Shown here piece by piece: positions 9,756-21,900 of a stretch of 64,000 nt of DNA (within the stretch, counting starts at the first letter, position 1; each line of letters opens with the position of its first letter). Origin of the DNA: Dudresnaya verticillata (Eukaryota); assembly GCA_977862235.1 (NCBI GenBank), contig OZ374563.1, forward strand, positions 496,001 through 560,000, given 5' to 3'. The notes beneath the pieces are model-generated. The model saw only the letters and a program-made list of their open reading frames with translations. It made no database searches and had not been told where the DNA came from. A program made the position numbers and the translations under genes.

Positions 9756-12700
9756 ATGCCCAACACGGCCACTTCCCCGCCAACCCTACGATCACGCTCC
9801 ATTCGTTCCAGGGTTACGGCCGCTACACCAGCGCCGAACTCCTTCTACACGGCACCATCTCGGCTCCTGCCGCTCGATGTGCGCCCAGTAGTGGGCGGTC
9901 GCTGCCCATTTGCGGAATGCTCCACCCGAATGTTCGGCGCAGTGAACGTGTGCCTCGCGCATCTGAAAAACAAACACGTACTCGGTGCCCGCGCCGGGGC
10001 GTTGAGTGCCTCGGACATCGCGACGCTGCAAGAATGGGGTCAGAGGCATGGATACAATTTCTGTGCCCTCCACCGCACATTCAACGGTGCTCGCGTCGCC
10101 TCTACCGGTCCCACCAACTCGGTACAGCTTAAGTACAAGGGTTGCGTTCATTGCCCACCCAGGACCACACCACCAGCATTTGTCGCACCATACGTATCTC
10201 AGTTCACTGCCGGTGTCACTGCACTTGCTGAGCCCAACACACAACCCGGCCCTGCCGACCCTGTCCCGGTACCCGTCGCGGACGATGTGCCTCCCTCCCC
10301 GTCCTCAAATGCAGCTACAGCGGGGACGGGCACTGTTTTGCCACCTTTGGCAGACGTGTGTCGCACGCGAATCGCAGTGCTGAAGCACATTCCCTTTCGT
10401 GTCCGTGGAGCAGTGCCGAGGGCCTACGGTCAACTGTTCTGGAAATTGACAAGCGATTCTGGGTGCAGGAACAACGAGGAACTCTTCACGTTGATGCTCC
10501 TGTTTCCACAGGTTATCCTAGCCCAGCCGTCCAGGTCGGTCCGCCAGCAGCAAAACCCCCGCTTATCGACGGCACAGGTCATCCGCAACAGGTTATCCCT
10601 ATGGAATCAAGGACTGTTCAAGGAGCTTTGGCACAACGCCCTTGATAGCGCTCTCGTCCCTACACTGGGGGGCAGCTCCCCCTCACCATCCTCTCGCAAG
10701 GCGCTGAACGCTAGTCGGGCGGTATCGCTGGCCCGAGAGGTCGTCTATGGAAAGGCAGCCAGGGCGCTGGTGGCAGAAGGTTTGCCGCCGGCTACTGAAG
10801 CCAGGGCGGCGAAAATGAGAACTAAGCACCCCGCAGAAGCAAACGCTCCTGCGAGCACAGATGCGACCATTCCTGTGGGTCCACTCCCGACTCCCGCAGA
10901 GTTTACTGAATCTGAAGTCGCGACCGCAGTACAGCGCTTTTCGCTGGCTGCAGCGGCCGGGGGTAGCGGGCTACGCCCGAACCATCTGTCCGAACTCCTT
11001 GCCGCACCAAACCCGGATGCGGCCAACCCCTTTGCGACGTGCCTGACAAAAGTCGTCAGCCTTCTCGCAGCTGGCCAAGCACCGGCTACGGTGGCTCCGG
11101 GGATCTCTGGCGCACCACTAACAGGCTTGTGGAAGCCTGGCGGTGACATCAGACCTATTGCAGTCGGAGAGACGCTCCGGCGTCTCGTTGGATCATGTCT
11201 GATGACAAGGGTTTCGAAGGAGGCGGCAGAGTACTTTGCACCCCTACAATTTGGCGTAGCCACACCCGGAGGTTGTGAAACTATTTTCCACGCGCTTCGC
11301 GCCGTGGTCAATTCGCACGGACGATCCAACAACGTGGCGCTGCTCAAAGTTGATTTCTCGAACGCCTTCAATCTTGTAAGCAGATCATGCTTCTTTCAAG
11401 GAGTTCGAGATCACTTTCCCGGGCTCTCAGCGTGGGTGGAATTCTGCTACGGAACTGCCCCGGCGCACCTATGGTATGATCGGCACTATCTGCGGAGTGT
11501 CTTGGGTGTGCAGCAGGGTGACCCTTTAGGGTCACTTCTATTTTCTATCGTACTGCATCCAGTACTGATAGAACTCTCCGAATTGACCAAAACCGCCGAG
11601 GGACATTCTGGTTTGAACATGCTCGCCTTCTACTTGGATGACGGCTACGCTGTCGGTCCTCACGAGCAACTCATCAGGTTGTTAGGGCATTTGGACTCCC
11701 CATCGGTGCGCAGGAAGGGCTTGGACCTTAACCTCTCCAAATGCTGCATATGGTGGCCAACTACCCCGCCAGCATCAGACAGAGATATGTACCCACCGTC
11801 TGTCAAACACGACTACAGCGATGGCACCACAGTCCTCAACGCTCCTTTAGGATCTGACAGCTACGTGGAAGCGGTTTTCGTAGACCACATCGCGCAAATG
11901 GATCCATTGTTTACAGCAGTCAAAGACCTGGAAGATGCTCAAGTTGGTTACAATATCCTTCGCTATTGTTACGGGACAAGTCGTGTAATGTACCTGCTTC
12001 GCCTCCTCCCACCGAGACTTACTGCTGCTGGCTGCACACATCTTGACATCCGCATTCAGGATGTTGTTCGCGACATGCTGGATGGAACGCTCTCCCCGGT
12101 TTTGTGGAGAGAACTGCAGCTTCCCGTCCGCGCGCTGCAAAAGTCGCCGCCCTCCCTCGGAATCGGACTGTCCTCCGCATCCACATTGTCTCCCTGCGCC
12201 TACCTGGCCTCCGCAGCACAGTCCCACAATCGCGTAACCATTATTTTGGGCAACAACGCTCCGTCGCTCAGTAACGATGAAGCAATGGACGCGTTTTCCA
12301 GGTGGGAGCACCTATGCGGCTCCGTGGCTCGAGAAGACCTAGGCTCCCCAGCTACCTGGTCAGACGCTCATTTTCCGTCACAAAGGGAGCTAACATCCGC
12401 CACGCACACAGGAGTCGCAGCTAGCATCCCGCCAGGCACAGTCAGAGCCATTGCGCTTCGCAAGTGCATGGGGCTGCCCGGTGCAAAAGACTGGCTCAAC
12501 TGCACTCCTTGCCAAGCCTTCCAATCCCACATCTCTCCTCGCGAATTTCGAACATGGTTTAAGTTCTATTGACCCTCCCCTCTGTTCAACGAGCGTGAAA
12601 GGTGCGGCAGACCTGGATGCGGAGCGGAGACGGACCAGTTCGGCGACCACGCGTTGACGTGCCCGCACGGCCCAATGCGCATTAACCGACACGATTCTAT

Positions 12701-13169
12701 CGTCCGGGCCGCTGCTACAAGCCTCGCCGAGGCCGCGCGGCACCCCGTCATAGAGCCAAGGGACACAGGTGGCGCGCACAGAACCCGACCTGACATTTCG
12801 GCGATGGGTGGTAATGGAGACCGTGTTCTGATAGATGTGGTTGTCGTCCATCCACTCACCTCGGCCCGAGTCGACGCCACGGCGACTTCTCCGGACCAAA
12901 CCCTCAAGCTGGCCACTGCAGCGAAGGCCTCCCACCACGGCGACCTCATGGAGGAGTTGGGTGACGGTTATTCGCTATTACCTTTCGCACTTCAAACCGT
13001 CGGCGGCTGGGCAGACAAAGCGCGGACCTACATACAAGCCATCGCGGACGCCCGAGCCTCACGATTCAACGAATCGCGCAGCTCCTCTCGCAAGCGATGC
13101 TTCTCACACATCGCGGCAACGCTAGTCAAGCGCAACGCTGCATGCCTCCTCTCAAGTGTGGCTGGTTAG
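9756..13169 (+). pseudogene. Zn finger - RT - CCHC - PD..D endonuclease polyprotein with one in-frame TGA at 12570-12572
   Basis: N-terminal CPFAEC..H..H, RPIAVGETLRRL, GVQQGDPLG, YLDD. After the stop the same frame reads CGRPGC..DQFGDHALTC, RHD and RPD..D..V (ORF 12654..13169). Confidence 0.9.
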
Positions 13170-13806
13170 AAGAACAGAACGGAAGACGCTAGGCAGGACG
13201 CAACGCAGAGCGAGAAAACATCAGATATCCACAATGGCCTCCTCCCTCCATACAGGATCCCAATAAAGTGAACAAACTCGCTCTGGGACTTCGTAAAATC
13301 CACAAACTCTCTCGCTCTCTTTTCTTCTCTCGGGTGGATCAGCGGTGGGGAAGCGGAGTGAGGGGCAGGTTTTGCAGGTGGTGGTGATTTGCGTGCGCTA
13401 TGCGTTGCAGCGGGGCGGAGGGCAGGATTCAGCACACGACCGCGCTCCGTGCGCGCGGATGGTGACCCTCCGAATCAGGCGGGCGAGGGGGAGTGTAACG
13501 TGTAGTGTAAGCCATGTACTGTAATACTGTATAGTACCGTCGGCACCAACGACAACGGATCCCTCGAAGAGTGTGTGACCAAACCCTACAGTATACCGCA
13601 CAGTGTACAGTATCAAGGGAAACAGTAGCCGCTCCGCTACGGGTACCTTCCATAAAAGGGATATTGGGGACATGCGGTAAATTGCGGACAAAACAGTACC
13701 ACCGTCACCAAGGCGCCCCAGCCCTTTCATCACTCCATCAGTGCACCGCCATTTGTCCGAGAGCCATTCGCCAATGCCAATGCCTCCAAGGCAACTTCGC
13801 GCCAAA

Positions 13807-14516
13807 TGTAGTAGAATGGCTTTGAAGCCAACAGAGACGGCGACACGGAACGACAGCTGTCCTCAAAGAGCGATCCCACTCGCGTGGTTGGTAGCTCGGT
13901 AAAGGGGTGGTAGAGACTTGAAAGGGCTTAAAGCCCTGACAAAGGAAAAAGGGAAAGGCGAACCCTGCTGAATAGAGCAATTCGTCGTAGACGACAGGGC
14001 TTGTAGACGCCCAAAGGAGGGTTGTAGCGGTAGCACCGTAAGTCTCCAAAAAGGGGAAAACCCAAGGCACAGACCGCTACCGGTTTAGTGCCGGGCCCCG
14101 TAAATACGGCGAGAGCCGAAAAGGTGCTACTCGCTCAGTTAGAGCTCTATGGCTAATACTTAGCTAATACTGTACAATACAGGTAGGACATGTCCTTAGA
14201 TAGGAATGAGTGGTCAGGCCACAAGGCGAGCGCGGCGCCACTGTCAGGGGCCGTGGGGCAAACATCCGCCAGCAATGCATGGCGCGATGGTGCGGCCATA
14301 GTTAATCCCCAAACGGCACAGTGCCATATCATCTGGAGCAGTATGCCTTACAGATCAACTCTGTACACGTGTTGCCTTACAGCGCAGGAGCGTTCCAGCA
14401 ATGAAATCAATCGGAGCACCAGCCATATCATCTGCGCAGTTGTGCGCCTGTCATTCCTTACAGAGGACTCGTGTCCACGTGGCTCCTTACAGGGCGTCAA
14501 CGCCCGTTATACCATA
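13807..14516 (-). repeat. 3' LTR of Gypsy A (710 bp)
   Basis: Near-identical to 26714-27440, with a 17-bp deletion between GGGCCCC repeats and one terminal dinucleotide mutated. Confidence 0.97.
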
Positions 14517-14992
14517 CGGCCCCCTTCTTAAAACTGAGCGACCGCGCTCAGTACAGTGGGACAGCAACGCTGTTTCCAATTAGATGGACCGTTGAGATTT
14601 CAATCTCAGGCCGTTGATTGGCCCGGCCAAGCGCGTGTGCTGAAACGCCACCCACCCCGTCTCAACGAGACGGGGAACTTACCAGAGCTTGAGAACCGCC
14701 GTCGGCGCGCGCGCGCCGACGCGACCGATATCGTTTGCGCGAAACGCGCGTTGGGCAAACGCCTATTTCAACTGCGGCTTTTTGCCGATGGGGACCCTCC
14801 CACACCTCTGCTCACCCGTGTCATCCACTTCAGTCTGCGACTCCCCCTGCCCCAGCTGCGCCATCGGCACCATGCATTCAGCCGCAACCCGTGACGACTC
14901 GCGTTGAGGTGACGTTGGCCTGTTATCGGCTGGGCCGACACACTCATCGCGGTTCGTTTTCCTTTTCGGCCTCGTGGCCTCGAGTCACGCTC

Positions 14993-15617
14993 TGTGGAAT
15001 AATGAGCGCCCGAGAGCTGTAAGCACACACGTGTACAGACGACGTCTGTAAGGTGTGAGGCGCCCGAGGGTGCGATGGCTGAGATGGCTGAATATCATTG
15101 GTTGATTAATCCTGGTCACCCATATTTTTGGCATTGCGCGCCAGACAGCAGCGCGCCTGTACCTCGTAGTGGTACTACCACTCATTCCTATCATTGGATT
15201 GTATTCCACCATTTAGTGTACAGCATTAGGTAACTGTCAGTATTATAACTCTAACTTAGAGTGGGTAGCATTTCCGGCTTCCCGCCGTATTTATTGGGCC
15301 CCTGAGTAGCAGGAGCCCCGCACTAAACCGGCAGCGGTGTTTACTTTGGGCTGTACCCATTTTCTGGTCTTCCTACGGTACCACCGTGTTTCCCTTGCCT
15401 TGGGCGTCTACAAGCACTATCGTGTACGACGATTGCTCTACGCTGTAGGGTTCGCTTTCCCTTTTCTTTGTTTCTGGGTATTACACCCACTACAAGTCTC
15501 TACCACCCCCCTTTTTTCCTTTTCCTTTGAGCTACCGCCCACCGTGAGTGTGTGTCCCCAGGACAGCTGTCGCGCCGTTTTATCGCCAACTACCTGGCCA
15601 AGGGCCATTCTACTACA
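14993..15617 (+). mobile_element. Solo LTR (A-related family) inserted in Gypsy A in opposite orientation
   Basis: TGTGGAATAATG...CATTCTACTACA; TSD CGCTC at 14988-92 and 15618-22. Confidence 0.92.
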
Positions 15618-15829
15618 CGCTCGTCGCATCTGCGGATCGGCTTTGGAGCCGACGTTCGGTATTCATCAAGACGGTTTGAAGCCATAGAAGAGTTCAGGTC
15701 GCGCTCACCCACCGGAGGGTTGTGGAGCCGACGTTCAGAAGGCCTCCGTGCCCTAGGAGAGCTGCTTGGGAGCAGGGACGGCTACGCCGTAGACGGAGCT
15801 CTTGGCCTCGTTGTCTTGCCATCTTCTGG

Positions 15830-18087
15830 ATGTCGCCGCCGCGTTTGGCGTATCGAGTCGCGCGCTCAAGTGCCCAGGTGTTGGGCCACGAAGTGGATGC
15901 GGCTGGGGTACCGTTGGTTGTTTCGCATAGCCGCGACTGGCTCCTGCGTACCGACCTTGCGCACCTTAAGGTGCGCGCAGGGGCCAGTCGCGAGGAAATT
16001 CGCCGTCGCGGGAGCCGGGCGGCTCAAAGCCGTGTTTGGAATACCCTCATGCGGGCTAGGGTGAGTATCCTCACGGGCACGAACCGGTTCCTCCCCATGT
16101 TGGATGGCGACGCCAATACCCTTCAGTGGGGCCTTGCCTACGTGAGGTTTCGGCACGAGGTGCCTTGGAGCAACAACATAGCTCGGAAGCTAACGTCTGA
16201 AGCGGTCTTGTTGGAAGAGATCCATCACGGGGGTGGTTGGGACCTGCGCATGGTGATGCACGAACGGCCACTTATTCGCGCCGGCAGGGATAACTTTCCC
16301 TATACTCTCGCCCGCATCGTGCGGTGGGATGAATCTTCAAATCTGAAGTATGCCCTGGATAACCCCCAGACGGCGAAGCCGTTAGAGCACGCTCGCTTCG
16401 AGCGGCGTCAACGTCACAAGACGGGCTGCTTGGTTCCCTGCCATTGCCAGAGGTATCGGCTTTGAAGCCGGAGTTCTACAATGGGAAGTACCCACTGGTC
16501 CCGGATGACCACAAGAATTATGAAGTCTCATATTCCATTCCAGTGGGAGTGCCAACCGTCATTGCCTACCTCGGTTTGTAAATGATGGCCAAAACCCTGG
16601 ACGATAGTGTGCTATGGAGCATCTTCCGATACGAGTGGGTCGTGCTCGTTGCGCAGACGCTTGTCTATGAGGCTCGTCGAGGCTTGTTATTCTTCATACG
16701 CCAACCTCTTCGTGTTGCCATTAGGGCCCTGGGCCCTGTGGGACTGTGCGCGAAAGAATCCGATGCCTAGGACTTGGAAGCCCTCTTGTGCTTCGTGGAG
16801 CGGATTCGGTGGAGTCAGGTCTCCAAGCGCAACCGTCACCTTCCCGACAATACAGGACATCTCACACCGGTTTTCAACCGCGGGGACTGGGTCGACTTTG
16901 ATCCAGTCAAGTGGCACCCGGTGTTGCCCGAGTATATGGTGCAGCCCGAACCGTCTGAGGAGAGTCCTCTCACTCTTGACGAAGGCATTCGTATGACCGG
17001 GGTCACCACTGGTTGGGTTAGTGTCAAATGGCGTGAGCCAGGGCCGCAGACTCCGGAAGATGTTCCGCTTTTTGACACTACCGTCGATGGTCAGGCCCAG
17101 GGGCCTCATGCACCTACTGCATCCGCGTATGCGAAGGCGGATCAGGTTATCCGAGATGTATTCAACAGGCGTGGTCTGGCAATTCGCCTCTTTGCTCATT
17201 GGGACTTTCGTCACCTGAACATCCACAGCCTCGCGGATTGGGTGGAAGAAGTCATGGTAGACTACGAAAGTGAGTGGATGAGGACCCCAGGTCCTGTTGA
17301 CCAAATGGAGCGTCTCCGTGCTCACTTCGAGTCTCTTCCGCCACTTGGAAAACGCGCCCTGAAGGCCGATCCTGCCCTGCGTCGTGGCATAGGCCATATT
17401 GGGATGTCATCAGTTAAGATGGAGTCGACCAGCGTCGCAGGAATTGATCCTCGTGCTCAAACAAGCGAGGACATGGCAGTGGTGCCACGGGAGGAATCGT
17501 CGGCGACGATGGTGAAGGGTGGGGCTTCGGCTTCAAAGCCGGTCGAGAGAGGTCTTCATCAGGAGGCGGCCGCCTCGTTGGTGACGCCGCAAGCACCTAC
17601 CACGGCATTAGCCGGCTTTGCCCCTTCGGGGGAGCTCTTGGGCGAAGACTGCCCACGGACTGGCTCTCAAGCCATGTTGAAGCACAACGCCCCGGAGTCG
17701 GCTTCGGGATCGAAAGCGGTTTCCCCGGGCAACGAGGGCTCAAAGCCCACAACGCTTCATACTCAAGAGGGGTCCCATGCCGAGAAGGCTCCAGTTGATA
17801 ATGACGACGTGGTCGTGAAGACAGAGTTATTCGTCAAAGAAGAGGACGAAGTGGATCCCGGTGTTTCCGCGACGGCTCACGGTGTGGATGCGATGGAAAT
17901 CGACCAGCCGATAGCGGGGAGCCGAGGCGATGATAACGTGGAATCGCGTCACGAACGCGGTAGTAGTCGACTTGGTCGAGGGCGTCGCGTTGTGCGCGAG
18001 GTCCGTCGTGTAGTGATATCTCACTCGGCTCCGCAGCCTAACCCTCCGCTTGAGGAGGACGAGGTCACCGACCTATTGTCTGATTAA
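15830..18087 (+). pseudogene. Antisense accessory ORF of Gypsy A (unknown function; one frameshift and two stops)
   Basis: ORFs 15722..16465, 16582..16770 and 16774..18087 join into one reading. Motifs are shared with the Gypsy B antisense ORF. Confidence 0.78.
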
Positions 18088-18975
18088 GTGGTTTGCTCAA
18101 TTGCCTTGCTCCCTTATGCGCCTTAGGCGCCCGTCCCGTAATCCGCCTTACTTGGGCAAGAGCGGCTTATCCGCTAACGTAAAGTAATTCTGCTTGTTGA
18201 ATCACCTTCGGCTTGGAGCCGACCTGTTATTAGCTTAACCCACTGAGCATTCTGTACGCTCGGCACCATGACGCAAGTGCGTGTTCGTACTCCTTGGAGG
18301 AGCCACAGTAGCTTGGTGCCACTGTAGGGGCTCCGTGCCGCGGATATTTCTTCCACGATTTTTGATTCGTCGTGCAATCCGCCTCTTCCCTGGGGAATGG
18401 CCAATGAGGGGCTGCCATCTCAGAAGAAGCCACTCTACAGTAGGGGTGGTTCACACTGTATAGTTGAACTCTATTTGGCGCCAACGCCTGCCGTGCTGGT
18501 CAGTGGGAGCCTATTCAGGGCGAGACCCCTCTTTCTAGGGAGAGGAGTAGTCGTGCTCCCTTCTTCCTTCCATTTTTAGCGCGGGGGCGAGCGGCGCCGG
18601 GTGACTCATAGGTCATGGGACCTCCAAAAAGACTTTGACGTCTTGGGTGATAGAAGGAGTCATGGCTTATGAGCCAGGAGGTTGTCTGAGAGGCTCGATG
18701 CCTGAGGTCGCTTCTTCCGCGTTTGTGACATGTCACGTAGCAACGTCCCAGAGCTCGTGCCCTATGGTTCCCACCATTTCCTACACTTTAGCCAAGGTCT
18801 TGAACCTTCCATATTATACATCGCATTTGCGCAACTTTCTCTAAGACATCGGTCTTGTGTTACACTACCACTCTCCTCTCTTATCCAGAGGGAGGGGGAG
18901 AACATACGCCCTTGGCACTATGAAACAGGGTTTCCATCTGGCCACAGGCTGATATACAGACTGGTATCCCAGTAG

Positions 18976-21900
18976 TTAGGCGGGAAGGGGGATTCCCTTC
19001 TTACGGTGATACCGTTTAACTAAATTCTCCGGGAGATGCCATCGTGGTTCCCACGTATTCTGCGAGGCAGGGCATTGGTACCAACGTACTTTGTACATTT
19101 CCGACTCTGCGTCGTATCCGACCAACTTGTCATAAACAAACTCCCGAGGGGGAGCTTTCTTGAAGTGGGAGAATTTACGGCGGGGAGCCGTCTCTTCGGC
19201 TTCTGTAGCCGTTGGTCCGGCAACAGGCCGAGGAGAACTATTATCCCTGGATACCATTGCCGCGCGATCGCCTATTTCAGGCGGTGTGAGAACCTCACGA
19301 GCGGGGGCGGTTATGGAAACCGGGCCAGCGTCGTTATCGATATTATCGGTTTCTCGCCGTGGGGGCGAGACAGTCGGCGCATCTGCGGCCTCGACGACCG
19401 TTTCCAACAGCTCACTGCCGGGTTGAGCCGGTCCCCTTTCGACACCACTGGTATTCGGGGGCGTTGCCCTCGAGGGTGGGTTTGCTGGTTCCGCGTCGTC
19501 AGGCCCAGATTCCACGATAGGGGGCACTTGCCCAATAGCGCCGAACTCATCGTTTGGTGATGGGGCCAGTGTTACACGATCCAGAGAGACTAACTCTTTT
19601 TCGCCCGCTTTTTGCAACACGACTGTGTGTGTTCCTCTTTCGAGTACCTTAAAGGGGCCTAGCGCTTTTGGAAACAGTTTCCCTTCTCGAGCCACGCCTT
19701 TGGCGTCTTTCACCTTCGATTCTCTTTCGAGGAATACCCATTGGCCTGGGCGTACGTTTTGGTTAGTCAACCGCATACGATTGTTGAAGTTAACTTCATA
19801 TCGTCGCTGGGCCATCCGCAAGCGTGGTAACGCTGTATCCATCAGCTTCTCGAGCCGGGTAGTCAGCCGTTTCTTCACGTTAGTTGCTGGAACGTTTTCA
19901 ACGTCTACTGTTTCGGCTCTTTCCATTAGAATGGACGTGGGAGGGTTAGATAAAACCAAATCGACGGGCGCGAGACCGGTCCCGCGGTGAACGGTCGTAT
20001 TATATGCGTACGTCAAAACCGACGTGAATTCATCCCAATCCTTCTGGTCATCGGAGATGAAGTGTCTCAGCCCAGCCAACAAGGTTCTATTAAACCTCGC
20101 GGTTTGTCTATTCGTCTTTGGATGGTAAGTAGATGTGAACAGATTCCTGACCCGAAGTATGCCACAGACGGCTATGAAACACTTCGATGCGAACTGCGGA
20201 CCGTTGTCCGACAAAACATAGCGGGGAGGCCCGTACGTGTATACCCAATGTTCACAGAACGCTCTTGCCACGGTGTAAGCCGTTACCGTTTTCAATGGGA
20301 CAGCCCTGGTGAGCTTTGAGAAGCGATTGGTTATTACGAGAACGTACTCGTTACCCTTGCTCGATCGGGGTAGCGGCCCTAGGATGTCAATCCCCATGAA
20401 TTCTAACGGCATCGTAGCCGGGAACAGCTTCATCTGCGAAGCATGTTGCCGTAATTGGACTCGTTCCCGAGCGCATTTGACACAATTTCGAACGGTCGAG
20501 TATACTGCGAGAGCCATTCCAGGCCAATAGACCTGTCGGCGCAAGTTATGATACATTCTGGTGCCACTGGGATGGCCTGCCATTTCGGGATAGTGCGCCA
20601 GATGTAGAACCCGTTCTTGAAGGACCAGAGGTATCACTACCTGCAAAGTTTTGTCGATATAAGACCGTCGGACTAAAACTCCCCTTTCGTCTTCGAGGTA
20701 ACAGCCTGGCTTTCCAGTCTCGATGGCCAGCTTAATACCCTTGCAGAAGGGATCTGTCAATTGCGTGCGAAGTAGTTCTTCCACCGTAATCAGAGATAGA
20801 CTCTTCTCGTCCACTTCCTTTTCAGCCACCGTGGCTATCAACTGCTCATCCTCGAATTCAAACTCGGCTAATTGGTCCTCGGGTTCGACTTCCCAAACCT
20901 CCAAAGGTCGCGGCTCGGTGTCGGCTCTATCATTTCCTTCGGAAGGACGATCGGGAAATCCCTCGCGCTCGCTGTCGGCAATAATGAAGCAAGGGATCTC
21001 TAGGTCCGGTTCCCAACTGGTGAATCCATAAGTGGGTAGTCGCGAGACGGCGTCTGCTATCTGGTTCTTATTTCCCTTACGGTATTGAACCGTGAAGTCG
21101 TACTCCAAGAGTCGCAAGCGCCAGCGCGCTAGACGACCTGATGCGTCGGTCATACTCATCATCCACTTGAGCGCTTGGTGGTCGGTATAGAGGTCAAAAT
21201 TCGACCTTTCCAAATACGGTCTGAGCATTTGTGTGGCCCAGACTACAGCGAGACACTCCTTTTCTCCAACGGAATAATTCCGCTCAGCCTGGGTAAGGCC
21301 TCGGCTCCAGAAACCGATCGGGTGGCGTGTGCCATCTGGTTCCATCTGCATAAGGGCACACCCTATCTGATAATCACACGCGTCAGTATCTACCGAGAGA
21401 GGTCTATCTTCCTTAGGAAGCCGGAGGATCGGTGGGGCTATGAGTGCCTTCTTCAACAGGGCGAAGGCTTCGCGCTGCCGTTCATCAAACGGGGGTAATT
21501 TGAACCCAACAACCTTCTGTAGAAGCCTATTAACCGGAGACACGGCCCTAGCGAAATTCGGTACGAAGCGTCTATAGACGTTACACAATCCAATAAACAA
21601 CCTTAGTTGTGTCTGAGTCGTAGGCTCCTTGAAACCTTCGATAGCTTGGGTGTTTTTGGTAGCCACCTCTAGCAGCCCTGGTCGGATCACATGTCCGAGG
21701 TAGTCCACACTCTTTGTGAAGAAATTACATTTCTTGAGCTTGAGCGATACGCCTGCCTGCTTCAATACAGATTATCTCTTGAACGTGGCCTATGTGTTCG
21801 TCGACACTCTTGGAAAAGACTATGATGTCATCCAAATATACGAGGCAGGATTTCCATCTGTATCCCGATAATAGAATATCAACCGTTCGTTGAAACGTCG

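Larger units (their letters stand above)
8845..13306 (+). mobile_element. Non-LTR retrotransposon with restriction-like endonuclease (CRE-like clade)
   Basis: Single long RT ORF, AATAAA at 13262, flanked by (CT)n at 8783-8844 and CTCTCTCGCTCTCT at 13307. Boundaries are inferred. Confidence 0.75.

Noticed and set aside
8666..13288. 12-bp repeat CTCGCTCTGGGA (8666 and 13277) as the TSD of the non-LTR element
   Set aside because: Low-complexity match that would place a microsatellite inside the element. The (TC)n-bounded model fits better, though this is not excluded.
13500..13645. TIR of an outermost element enclosing 13.6-54.7 kb (partner of the 54.2-kb transposase remnant)
   Set aside because: CAGTA-type starts are present, but I could not find a matching inverted end or TSD.
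13738..14070. Repeated ORF MPWVFPFLETYG.. (also 26612..26977 and 53765..53971) as a small gene family
   Set aside because: Non-ATG ORFs inside LTR copies; the similarity follows from the DNA repeat.
15230..15617. Built-in inverted internal LTR copy driving the antisense ORF
   Set aside because: Bounded by a CGCTC TSD, so it is an independent solo LTR.
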